Assembly: GCA_018657765.1 (NCBI GenBank) | Contig: JABHWM010000020.1 | Location: forward strand, 18,786 to 82,785 | Origin: Minisyncoccota bacterium | GTDB taxonomy: Bacteria; Patescibacteriota; Microgenomatia; UBA1400; PJMF01 | Direction of reading: 5' to 3' | Length of the DNA stretch: 64,000 nucleotides | Part shown: piece by piece, positions 30,422 to 41,944 of the stretch | Numbering within the stretch: position 1 is the stretch's first letter | How the letters are laid out: every line of letters starts with the position of its first letter | Notes under the pieces: model-generated | Seen by the model: only the letters and a program-made list of their open reading frames with translations | What the model was told of the DNA's origin: nothing | The model's database searches: none | Position numbers and translations under genes: made by a program

Positions 30422-31129
30422 ATGAGCATTAGAAAAAAAGGATCCGAACCAGACCTTTCTATATCAATTTTACTTACTACACTAGACAGTGGAACACATA
30501 GAGTTCTAGCTGAAGAATATCTACAAGAAAAATACCCTAATCATCAGTATATTTTTATCAATGATACAGAAGAAAATCTACCTATTAGTTTAATTAGAAA
30601 TATTATTCACACAACTAGTTTCGCCAGAACAAAAAAAGAAAGTCAGATATATGTTCTTTGTGGCATAGAAAAAGCTAGCATTCCAGCTCAAAATGCTCTA
30701 TTGAAAATTATAGAAGAACCTCCACAAAATATTGGTTTTATGTTGGTCACAACTCAAGGATATCCACTTTTACCAACAATTATCTCTAGATGTAGACAAA
30801 TATCTCCATTAGAAATAAACACCGACAATCAAATAGAAAATAAGAATCAACCTACTAATAAATTAAAACCACATATTCAAGAAACTATTGATTTCTGTAA
30901 TAACCCTCAAAATATTCATTATCATCAACTCATAGATTTAGCACTTATTTGGAGTAAATCTGAAACAAAAGAAAAAGACTTGAAAATTGTTATGAATATA
31001 ATCATGGAGCAATCTCAAAAACCACATTTTGCTCTCGATAAACTTCGGGAAGCACTTGATTCGTGGGAAAAAAATGGTAATGTAAAACTCGTTATTGAAC
31101 ACTGTTTTTTTGCAATTAAAAAACATTAA
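30422..31129 (+). CDS. holB: DNA polymerase III delta-prime-like subunit (short, degenerate)
   Basis: AQNALLKIIEEPP and LLPTIISRC motifs. Confidence 0.8.
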   Translation: MSIRKKGSEPDLSISILLTTLDSGTHRVLAEEYLQEKYPNHQYIFINDTEENLPISLIRNIIHTTSFARTKKESQIYVLCGIEKASIPAQNALLKIIEEPPQNIGFMLVTTQGYPLLPTIISRCRQISPLEINTDNQIENKNQPTNKLKPHIQETIDFCNNPQNIHYHQLIDLALIWSKSETKEKDLKIVMNIIMEQSQKPHFALDKLREALDSWEKNGNVKLVIEHCFFAIKKH

Positions 31130-31207
31130 ATTTATATAAAATAATGATAAAAAGGTAATTCCAATCCTTCATTTTCTCTTGAGAATATGATACAAATAAG
31201 GCTCTAA

Positions 31208-33232
<2,025 letters not shown>

Positions 33233-33247
33233 TAGTAAGGAAATATT

Positions 33248-34195
33248 ATGGCAAAAACATATATTATTGGACACGTAAAACCAGATACAGATTCTGTAGT
33301 AGCTGCGATGGCTCTTCAATATCTCTATGAATCAGAAAAATGTTTTTGTCACCCTAATGCAGAAGCAGTCATTTCAGATAAAATAAATCCTGAAACAACT
33401 TTTCTTTTTGAAAAATTTGGCATCACTGCTCCTAGACAGATAACTGCACAAGATATCACTCCAGAAGATTCTATTGTCTTGGTTGATCATAATGAAGAGT
33501 CTCAAAGGTTAGCAGATATTAATCCTCAACAAATAGTTGAGATCATTGATCACCACAAAGCAAATCTTAATTTCTCTCAGCCAATCTTCATGACTTTTAA
33601 GTCTTGGGGGTCATCCAACACCATTGCTTATTTCTTAATGAAACAAAACAATGTTACCCCAGATAAAACTCTTGCTAGCCTTATGTTAGCTGCTATTTTG
33701 TCAGATACAGTTGGTTTTAAATCTGCAACTACAACTCAAAAAGATAAAGAAGTTGGTAAAGAATTAGCAGAACTAGCAGAGATTACAGATCTTGATGGAT
33801 TTGCTCTAGAAATATTCAAAGCTAAATCTAATATTTCATCTCTTAGCGATGAACAAATCATTCGTAATGACTACAAAATATTTGACTTTGGTAAAAAAGT
33901 TTTTGTTGACCAGTTAGAAACTGTAGAACAAAAATCTCTAGTAGAAACAAAGAAACAGTCTTTACTAGATGCTATGAAACAAGTAAAAGCAGAAGAAAAA
34001 GTCGATCTTCTTTTTGTAGCTGTAACAGATATTTTAAAAGTTAATACCAAACTTTTAATTCTTGGTGAAGAAGAAGAAGCTATCGCAATCAAAGCATTTG
34101 GTGGAGAAGTACTAAATAATACTTTAGATATTGGTGCAAAAATGTCTCGTAAAAAAGAAATTGCCCCAGCTCTTGAGAAAGCAATTCAACAGTAA
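33248..34195 (+). CDS. ppaC: Manganese-dependent inorganic pyrophosphatase (family II, DHH)
   Basis: GHxxPDTD, LVDHNE, IIDHH, SDT, SRKK. Confidence 0.95.
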   Translation: MAKTYIIGHVKPDTDSVVAAMALQYLYESEKCFCHPNAEAVISDKINPETTFLFEKFGITAPRQITAQDITPEDSIVLVDHNEESQRLADINPQQIVEIIDHHKANLNFSQPIFMTFKSWGSSNTIAYFLMKQNNVTPDKTLASLMLAAILSDTVGFKSATTTQKDKEVGKELAELAEITDLDGFALEIFKAKSNISSLSDEQIIRNDYKIFDFGKKVFVDQLETVEQKSLVETKKQSLLDAMKQVKAEEKVDLLFVAVTDILKVNTKLLILGEEEEAIAIKAFGGEVLNNTLDIGAKMSRKKEIAPALEKAIQQ

Positions 34196-34219
34196 ACAAA
34201 GAAAAGAAACACACAACTC

Positions 34220-36922
34220 ATGACCGAAGAAAACAAACTTCCAGAAACAGAAAATACTAATCCAGAAAATCTCAATGGAGATTCTCTTGTTGGAACTATT
34301 GAAGAAACAAAATATGGAAAAGTAAAACACATTTCTATCGTTGATGAAATGGAAAAATCATATCTTGATTATGCCATGAGTGTTATTGTTTCTAGAGCTT
34401 TACCAGATGTAAGAGACGGTATGAAACCAGTTCATCGCCGTATTTTATTTTCTATGTTCAAAAGTGGAATTCACCACAGTAGTTCATATAAGAAATCTGC
34501 TCGTATTGTTGGAGACGTTTTGGGTAAATATCATCCCCACGGTGACTCTTCTGTCTACATGGCCATGGTTCGTTTAGCTCAAGACTTTAGTATGCGTTAT
34601 CCATTGGTTGATGGCCAAGGAAACTTTGGTTCTGTTGATGGTGATAGCCCTGCTGCTATGCGTTATACAGAGGCTAGATTAGATAAAATTTCTCAAGAAT
34701 TACTTGCCGATATTAATAAGGGCACAGTTCCTTTTGTAGAAAACTTTGATGGCTCATTAAAAGAACCTTCTGTCTTGCCAACTAGATTACCTAATCTTTT
34801 ACTTATGGGTTCAGAAGGTATTGCTGTTGGTATGGCTACCAAAATTCCTCCTCATAACTTGAATGAAGTTAATACTGCAGTTATAGCCATGATCAAAAAT
34901 GGTAAATCTGTTGTTGAAACACCAATCCTAAAATCAAAAGATATCGATAAAAAAAGTGATCTTGCAGATAATAAAGCTATCGATGCTGTTTTAGCTGCAG
35001 AGCCAAAACAACTTACTGGAGATTTCTCTAGTGAAATAGAGTTCGACGAGTTAATGACTCTCATCAAGGGTCCTGATTTCCCAACAGCTGGAATCATGTA
35101 CGACTTCAACTCTATTAAAGAAGGCTATAGAACAGGAAAAGGCAGGGTTGTTGTTAGAGCCAAAGCCTCTATCGAAGAAGATAAAAAAGGCAGGTTTAGT
35201 ATTATCGTTACAGAACTTCCATATCAAGTTAACAAAGCAAGAATGTTAATGAAGATAGCTGCCATGGTCCGTAATAAAAAAATCATGGGTATCAGAAATC
35301 TCAGGGATGAATCAGATAGAACTGGTATGAGAGTCGTTGTAGAACTCAAGAAAGATGCCAGACCAAAAGTAGTTTTGAATAAACTATTTAAATACTCAGA
35401 ACTTCAATCTACTTTCTCAATGAACATGGTTGCCCTAGACAGTGACGGTACTCCTCAACTAATGACCTTAAGACATATTCTTAAAGAATACATTATCCAT
35501 AGACAACTAGTTGTTGTGAAGAGAGGTCAATTTGAACTTCTTGAAGCAAGAGAAAGAGCTCATATCCTAGAGGGATTAATGATTGCTCTAAAAAATCTAG
35601 ATGAAGTCATTGCTACTATCAGAAAATCAAAAGATACAGATACAGCCCGCGAATCTCTGATGAAAAAATTTGGTCTTAGTGAGAAACAATCTGTTGCTAT
35701 TTTGGAAATGCAACTCAAAAGACTAGCTGCCCTTGAAAGACAAAAAATAGAAGATGAATATAAAGCCATCAAAGAAAAAATGGATGCTCTTCTAGATTTG
35801 CTTATTTCCTCAAAAAATATTCTTGATTTAATTATCGAGGAAACAGAAGAAATGATCAAGCTTTATGGAGATGATCGAAGAACAAAACTAGTCAAAGGTA
35901 AAGTTGGCGAGTTTAGTGAAGAAGATCTAGTAGCTAATGAAGTTGCTGTCATCACTTTGACAGAAAGTGGCTACATCAAACGCATGAGCCCAAGTGCACT
36001 TAGATCCCAATCAAGAGGAGGAAAGGGGAGTGCTGGTCTCAAAATGAAAGAAGAAGATGTTCTGGCAGCAGTTCTCAGTTGTCATACTCATGATAATCTA
36101 TTGCTTTTCACGAACCAGGGTAGAGTCTTCAGAATGAGAGCTTTTGAAATTCCAGAAGCTTCACGTCAAGCAAAAGGAACAGCTATCGTTAACTTGATTA
36201 ACCTCAAAGCTGGAGAAAAGGCAAAATCAATTCTGGTTGTTCATGAAGAAGAAGATCAAGAAAAATTCATAACTTTGGCTACTAGAAATGGTTTAGTCAA
36301 GAAAACAGCCGTCAAACTATATGGAAATATCCGTCAAAATGGTATCGTTGCTATCGTTCTTAACGATGGAGATGAACTTGTCTGGGGTAGAGTAACCTCT
36401 GGTGAAGATCATATTATGCTGATTACCCACCAAGGAAAATCCATTAGATTTACAGAAAAAGAAGTAAAATCTTCTCAAAGAGATACCAAAGGTGTCAAAG
36501 GAATCACTCTCAAAAAAGACGATTATGTCCTAGGAGTAGAAACATTTGAAGATAAAAAAGAATATCTTGATAAAACATCATTACTCTTGGTAACTAAAAG
36601 AGGTCTTGGAAAAAGAACTTTACTCAAGCACTATCCTGTACAAAAAAGATCTGGGCTTGGAGTAAAAGTATCTGCTATTACCAAGAAGACTGGTAATGTT
36701 GCTTCGGCTAGAATAATCGAAGAAAGTCATAAAGACCTGGTTATTAGCACAAAAGAAGGCAAGACCATTCGTTTACCTATCAGTAAAAAATCTATTCCTT
36801 CTCTTACTAGACCTACTCAGGGGGTTATCTTGATGAAATTAAAACCAAGTGACTCTGTTGTAGCTGTAGCTTTGACTGTAGAGCTAGACCAAGAAAAAGT
36901 TAAAGAAAAAAAGAAAAAGTAA
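34220..36922 (+). CDS. gyrA: DNA gyrase subunit A
   Basis: HPHGDSS, AAMRYTE, GyrA box QSRGGKG, beta-pinwheel repeats. Confidence 0.97.
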   Translation: MTEENKLPETENTNPENLNGDSLVGTIEETKYGKVKHISIVDEMEKSYLDYAMSVIVSRALPDVRDGMKPVHRRILFSMFKSGIHHSSSYKKSARIVGDVLGKYHPHGDSSVYMAMVRLAQDFSMRYPLVDGQGNFGSVDGDSPAAMRYTEARLDKISQELLADINKGTVPFVENFDGSLKEPSVLPTRLPNLLLMGSEGIAVGMATKIPPHNLNEVNTAVIAMIKNGKSVVETPILKSKDIDKKSDLADNKAIDAVLAAEPKQLTGDFSSEIEFDELMTLIKGPDFPTAGIMYDFNSIKEGYRTGKGRVVVRAKASIEEDKKGRFSIIVTELPYQVNKARMLMKIAAMVRNKKIMGIRNLRDESDRTGMRVVVELKKDARPKVVLNKLFKYSELQSTFSMNMVALDSDGTPQLMTLRHILKEYIIHRQLVVVKRGQFELLEARERAHILEGLMIALKNLDEVIATIRKSKDTDTARESLMKKFGLSEKQSVAILEMQLKRLAALERQKIEDEYKAIKEKMDALLDLLISSKNILDLIIEETEEMIKLYGDDRRTKLVKGKVGEFSEEDLVANEVAVITLTESGYIKRMSPSALRSQSRGGKGSAGLKMKEEDVLAAVLSCHTHDNLLLFTNQGRVFRMRAFEIPEASRQAKGTAIVNLINLKAGEKAKSILVVHEEEDQEKFITLATRNGLVKKTAVKLYGNIRQNGIVAIVLNDGDELVWGRVTSGEDHIMLITHQGKSIRFTEKEVKSSQRDTKGVKGITLKKDDYVLGVETFEDKKEYLDKTSLLLVTKRGLGKRTLLKHYPVQKRSGLGVKVSAITKKTGNVASARIIEESHKDLVISTKEGKTIRLPISKKSIPSLTRPTQGVILMKLKPSDSVVAVALTVELDQEKVKEKKKK

Positions 36923-36963
36923 TCATAGATTCTAATTTTTAAACAAAAATAAATTCAACTAAA

Positions 36964-37003
36964 AAAAACACGCCATTTATTCACTTAAAAACGGCGTGTT
37001 TTT
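36964..37003. terminator. Bidirectional terminator between gyrA and tRNA-Ala
   Basis: AAAAACACGCC...GGCGTGTTTTT. Confidence 0.7.
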
Positions 37004-37020
37004 ATTTTTCTATACCCAAG

Positions 37021-37094
37021 TGGACCTGAGGGGGCTCGAACCCCTGACCTTCTGTATGCCATACAGACGCGCTAGCCAACTGCGCCACAGGCCC
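37021..37094 (-). tRNA. tRNA-Ala (GGC); CCA not encoded
   Basis: Reverse complement GGGCCTGTGGCGCAGTTGGCTAGCGCGTCTGTATGGCATACAGAAGGTCAGGGGTTCGAGCCCCCTCAGGTCCA folds as a cloverleaf with a G3:U70 pair. Confidence 0.96.
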
Positions 37095-37219
37095 TTTATA
37101 AAAATACTTATCAATAAAAGAGCTTAAAAAAGCATTGTATCATCTCCAAAGATAAATTCCATTGTCTTAATTACTAATAAAATAGACTGATATATAGCAT
37201 TTTTATGCTAGATGACTAT

Positions 37220-37256
37220 ATTAGCAGTAATTTTATATCTCTGCTAATGTCTTGTA
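37220..37256. repeat. Imperfect palindromic site (11-7-11); inverted copy at 38764-38800
   Basis: ATTAGCAGTAA-TTTTATA-TCTCTGCTAAT-GTCTTGTA. Confidence 0.6.
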
Positions 37257-37723
37257 ACTATTTTTAACATACTAAAGATAATTTTAGACTCATTGATCAA
37301 TCCTATTTAAAATAAAAACTAGCGCAAACTCATCTTAAAAATATTACTTAATTTTCTAAATAGAGAAGGCTGATCTCAATCATACTTTGAAATCAAAAAC
37401 TCATGATAAAAAACCATAAATAATATATCAAAACATTCTTCTAGATAACTAAAAAACATTTCTAGATTAGAGTCGTATAAAAATAAAAAAACCTTTAAGA
37501 AAAAATCAGCTATTTCTAAGAGAAAAAAACATAGCATTAATAAAATAGAGTAGAGGATAGTAAAAAAAATTAATTAAATAAGCTATAAAATCACAAAAAA
37601 GACAAAAATTACTTCAAAAATAATATATCAAATCATTGTTTAATATAAATAAAGAATATAAGTATGTTCAAACATTATCTAAATATATTTATATATTCTT
37701 TAAGCATTTTATATATATAGAAC

Positions 37724-38668
37724 TTAGTCTTTTTTTAGTGAATGATGTTTCTCATGGATCTTTCGCAATTGAGGGCGAGTAACATGAGTATAAATCTGAG
37801 TAGTAGCAATATTTTTATGACCTAACATCTCCTGAACATCACGCAGTCCAGCTCCATTACTCAACAGATCAGTAGCAAAACTATGCCTGATCCCATGGGG
37901 AGAAAGCTTGATAGGTAAATGAGCCCGCCTGCTATAAGTATCAACCAAACGCTGAACACTCCTAGTAGTAAGCCTCATTTCTTCTCCATCTGTAAATAAA
38001 GCCTCTTTTTTTCCAGAAAAACGAATAAATACTGGTTTCCATTGATCACCACCCCTAGTGTCCAACCACTTCTCCAGCCAAAAAACAGCCCTATCACTAA
38101 GAAACACAACTCGAGGTCTTCTTCCTTTACCGATTACACCAAATTCTTTTCTCTTGAGGTCTATCTGATCTCTATCCAGCTTGACTAACTCACTCACCCG
38201 CAAGCCTGTAGAGAATAAAACCTCTAAAATAGCTCTATCCCGCAAACCACTATGCTTTGATACATCTGGTGCTTCCAGTAAACGATCTATCTTCTCTGCA
38301 GAAACAAATTTCATTGGAGTAGATTCTGCTTTGGGTAACTCTATTTTTTCTGGATGAAGAACTTCTGCATCTCGCTTTACTAACCACTTAAACCAAGAAC
38401 GAAGAGAAATTACATGGTAACTTTGAGTTTTTTTTGAAAGTGTTCTACCTAACTCATCTTCATACCTAGCCAAATACACCCTGTATTTTCTCAATGTATC
38501 TTGATCTAGCTCTGTCAAATCTTTAAAACCTTGCTTTGTAAACCAGTCATTGAAACGACGTAAGTAATGATTATAATTACGGATCGTTAGCTTACTCAAA
38601 TTTTTTTCTACTTCCAGAGACTCTAGAAAATTAACTAACGATTCTGCTGGTAGAGTGGAAATAGCCAT
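37724..38668 (-). CDS. Tyrosine recombinase, XerC/XerD family
   Basis: SAM-like N-domain; catalytic R (TGLRVSEL), K (GKG), HxxR (HGIRHSFAT), H (LGH) and Y (TQIYTH) all intact. Confidence 0.94.
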   Translation of the reverse strand: MAISTLPAESLVNFLESLEVEKNLSKLTIRNYNHYLRRFNDWFTKQGFKDLTELDQDTLRKYRVYLARYEDELGRTLSKKTQSYHVISLRSWFKWLVKRDAEVLHPEKIELPKAESTPMKFVSAEKIDRLLEAPDVSKHSGLRDRAILEVLFSTGLRVSELVKLDRDQIDLKRKEFGVIGKGRRPRVVFLSDRAVFWLEKWLDTRGGDQWKPVFIRFSGKKEALFTDGEEMRLTTRSVQRLVDTYSRRAHLPIKLSPHGIRHSFATDLLSNGAGLRDVQEMLGHKNIATTQIYTHVTRPQLRKIHEKHHSLKKD

Positions 38669-38763
38669 AGCTTATTTATACCGCAAACTCAAGTGTTCAG
38701 CGAGTCATATTTATTTTTCATTGCTTAATAAATTTATTTCCAAGTTTATACAACTCTAGATAC

Positions 38764-38800
38764 TATAAGTCATTAGCAGAGAACAAATTGTTCTGCCAAT
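38764..38800. repeat. Imperfect palindromic site (11-7-11); inverted copy of 37220-37256
   Basis: TATAAGTC-ATTAGCAGAGA-ACAAATT-GTTCTGCCAAT. Confidence 0.6.
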
Positions 38801-39320
38801 ATCATTATTATATAAAAAACCATGATGTACCAGTCTTTAACTAATGATATACTTTGATGTCTTTAGACAGATTTAAATATAGCTAATAAAGAAAAAAGGA
38901 CGTTAAGCAGAGAACTAATACCAAAAATAATCTAGCCTGGATACTAGATGTAGATTTATCATAAAAGATTAATATCAAAACAAACTACTCTACAAAACTA
39001 AAAAAATAATTTAAAAGCTTACCAAGTGCCCAAAAATAACTAAATATTTTAGGGATAAAATTTAAAATTATTAATAGAAACTAAGTTATAAAAAATAAAG
39101 TTTATTGTTAATTAATTTTTTAAGAATTACTACATAGCAAATAAATAAATAGAGAATCAAAGAAAAACAACAATCCTACAAAAATTCATATTTTTGTTAA
39201 AACTAGTGACAATATAAATAAAACAAAAATCAATCCAAAAGACCTACAAAAACAAGGCTCTTAAAAGGCTCAAAAACGGCTTTTTTTGACAAAGATGAAC
39301 TACTTATCATCCATAATAAT

Positions 39321-39340
39321 AAGACTGATATATCAGTCTT
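39321..39340. promoter_or_regulatory. Perfect 20-bp palindrome, member of a locally repeated operator-like motif
   Basis: AAGACTGATATATCAGTCTT; variants at 39480-39493, 38823-38837 and 37185-37195. Confidence 0.55.
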
Positions 39341-39560
39341 AAATAGTTTTTTAGTTCAAAATATTTTTACCATAAAAAACAACCTCTTTAACGCCCTAGA
39401 AACAATAAAATTGTGTGTATTTTTAAAGACATATTTATATAGATAGGCAGGAGAATCGAAAACTAATATTAGAAAAATAACTGATGTATCAGTGTAAATA
39501 TCAAGATGACTATAAACAATAAATTAGAAAGTTAAAAACAACTCTCTTTTCAAATCTTGG

Positions 39561-39594
39561 CTTATGTCGCAAAAGTTATATTGTGCGACATAAG
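39561..39594. other. dif-like Xer recombination site (symmetric, 6-bp spacer)
   Basis: CTT-ATGTCGCAAAA-GTTATA-TTGTGCGACAT-AAG; 14-bp arms with one mismatch; about 0.9 kb upstream of the xer gene. Confidence 0.7.
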
Positions 39595-40464
39595 ATTTAT
39601 TGGGTGTTTTTAGTGAGACGATTGAAAGAGAGTGCGCTCTCGCTCTTCTCTTCCAAAGTAGTAAAAAGGAACTAACTGACTAACAATTATTTATTTACCT
39701 TGATACCACTTCCCAAAATATTCTAAAAAGCTTTTTTTACCCCTATAAAAAGACCTATTCGGGTTTTATATGAGCCACTCTCATTTGATGAGATTTATTG
39801 CTAATTTTCTGTACTTGAGGTGAACCAGGCTATAAACAGGCTTCTACTCGAGTAAATTAGGTCTCAAATCTAGACTAGATATACATTTTTTACTCAGTTA
39901 TTCCAGGGGTAGAGATCTATTCTTGCAGAATTCATGCTGTATCTGAACAAAGAAGTGAATGAAAATATATCATGTACAAGACAATACTAGTGTTCTACTC
40001 GGGCAAATAAGCTTAAATAACTCTAACGCTGAAAGTGAAAGATCCTATAACTTTTTCACGAGAAGGCTTATAGTTTTCCACAATTTACTATAATATTATA
40101 GGACTATATCAAACTATATCACTTTCCCCTTTTTACCCTGGACTCCTACTCTATTTTTTAGCAGCACTTCCCCATTTTTGCGACTTAAAATTTATTTAAT
40201 TAATAAAAAAACATTAAAACTGCCCTTATAAAAAATAATTAACTTGTTCTGAAGCCTTCAGAATAGCATTTCTAACTAAATCTAGTATTCCAGATGAAAA
40301 CCTCTGGTACTCCCCTCCACTCTAGTTAATTTTCTTAGCCTGGTATCCAGGCAGAGAAAAACTACAAAAAACCTAAAAACTACCTCTAAATAATAGGTTT
40401 TCACTAAAATAACACTTAAATATAAAAACAAACAGGTAAGTTAAAAACACAGAGTAGGACTTCT

Positions 40465-41232
40465 CTACTTCCAAGGCAACAAAAGAAAGAAAATAAACCC
40501 TAGAAATACTGCTACCAGAGTATATTCATTAGCCGTATTATGAAAAAGCCGCTCTTTAATCTGACTCTGTAATACCCCTAGGCCAATATAAAGTAACCCC
40601 ATGATAAATAAGGCATTGTGCCAGGCAGGGAAAGGCAATAAAGATAATAAGGCCATAAGTTCTGCCAAGATAAGAGTTAATAAAGTGGTTTTCTGAAAAA
40701 TAGAAATACTAACAGAAGATTCTAATTTTATGGACCATAAGCTCATCATAATGAGTGGAAAATGAACAATTGATCCAAGCAACGCATTGCTATAAAAAGG
40801 CAGTCTTAAAGAGAAAATCGTATTGGTCAAAAGCATTGAAGTAAAAAGGGTGAAAAACAAGCCTACAGCGTGTGCTGCATATAGAAGCTGGATCGTTCGA
40901 CCCTTTGCAACAGAAAAAATATTACTAGTAAGGTATAAAGCATACATTCCTACCCCAAATAAAAGTAAAAGAATTATCCTTGTTAAAAAAGCACTGGGTA
41001 GTAAAAAATAAAATAAAGCTACTGCTGCTGTATAAATAACTGGAAAAGGCAATATGGTTGACCACTCATGAACCTGTAAATCATCACTCAGAGCCCAGGC
41101 AGAAACTCCATATGTAGCAGCCATCAAACCTGCAATCGCATAGTAACGCCACTCTAGACCGGTGTACTGGACCAAAGCCAAACCAACACTTAAAAATAGA
41201 GCCGCTAGAACAAATTTTTCTCTTCTTCGCAT
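40465..41232 (-). CDS. Polytopic membrane protein of unknown function
   Basis: About 8-9 hydrophobic segments over 255 aa. Confidence 0.8.
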   Translation of the reverse strand: MRRREKFVLAALFLSVGLALVQYTGLEWRYYAIAGLMAATYGVSAWALSDDLQVHEWSTILPFPVIYTAAVALFYFLLPSAFLTRIILLLLFGVGMYALYLTSNIFSVAKGRTIQLLYAAHAVGLFFTLFTSMLLTNTIFSLRLPFYSNALLGSIVHFPLIMMSLWSIKLESSVSISIFQKTTLLTLILAELMALLSLLPFPAWHNALFIMGLLYIGLGVLQSQIKERLFHNTANEYTLVAVFLGFIFFLLLPWK

Positions 41233-41256
41233 ATTTATTATTTATATAGAGTTAGC

Positions 41257-41817
41257 TTACTCCTTATTCTCCCATTCACCACTACAAAAAACTTCTTCTA
41301 CATCATCATTGTCTCGTAAGTTATCTATTAATGATTGTAACGCTTCTTGCTGAGTTGGGTCTTCTACTTGAAAAGGAATAGCTACTGTATAGCTTCCATC
41401 TTTTGACCTAGAAAAAAGATACATTGCTGATCCAGGTGCACCAACAGATCCACCACCTTTTGAAAAAATAGTTTTAACTTCAGAGTTAGTTCTATTAGAA
41501 TTATCAGTAAAAACAACAGCTAACATCCCAACTCCACCAGGACCAAAACCTTCATAAACTATCTCACGGACTTGTCCACCTTTGCCTTTACCCAGACCCA
41601 CATCGATAGCTTTCTTGATTTTTTCATTAGGCATGTTTTCTGAACGAGCTTTTTCCAGAATAGTTCTTAAAGTAGGATTTGCCTGAGGATCACCAGATTT
41701 TCCCTCTTTCACAGCAGATCTAATTTGACGAGCGATCATTCCAAAAATCTTGCCCCTCTTTGCATCAACCGCACCTTTTCTTTTCTTAATATTATTCCAT
41801 TTGCTATGTCCAGCCAT
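41257..41817 (-). CDS. yebC: YebC/PmpR family protein (short form)
   Basis: MAGHSKWNNIK, NPTLR, YEGFGPGGV, TDNSNRT; true start is MAGH at 41817. Confidence 0.93.
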   Translation of the reverse strand: MAGHSKWNNIKKRKGAVDAKRGKIFGMIARQIRSAVKEGKSGDPQANPTLRTILEKARSENMPNEKIKKAIDVGLGKGKGGQVREIVYEGFGPGGVGMLAVVFTDNSNRTNSEVKTIFSKGGGSVGAPGSAMYLFSRSKDGSYTVAIPFQVEDPTQQEALQSLIDNLRDNDDVEEVFCSGEWENKE

Positions 41818-41856
41818 ATAATCCCTTCCACGCAATTGTATGTTACACACTATTAG

Positions 41857-41885
41857 TTGACAATATTAGTCTTTACCAGTATCCT
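41857..41885 (+). promoter_or_regulatory. Sigma70-type promoter of the TPR gene
   Basis: TTGACA-17 nt-TATCCT. Confidence 0.6.
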
Positions 41886-41944
41886 TTCACGAAGTTTTTC
41901 AAAACGATTTTTAACATAGAATAAAATAAAAAAGGGACTGATAC

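Noticed and set aside
37021..38668. Recombinase as a prophage or island integrase at tRNA-Ala
   Set aside because: It lies on the 5' side of the tRNA, no duplicated tRNA-Ala 3' end was found, there is no cargo, and the protein is Xer-sized.
38669..40464. Replication origin in the long AT-rich intergenic region
   Set aside because: Only one near-match DnaA box (TTTTCCACA, about 40074) was noticed; no cluster, no dnaA/dnaN nearby and no visible skew switch.
37095..40464. CRISPR array, tmRNA or RNase P RNA in the non-coding DNA
   Set aside because: The repeats are irregular and degenerate, there are no cas genes, and no hallmark tmRNA ends or RNase P conserved motifs were recognised.
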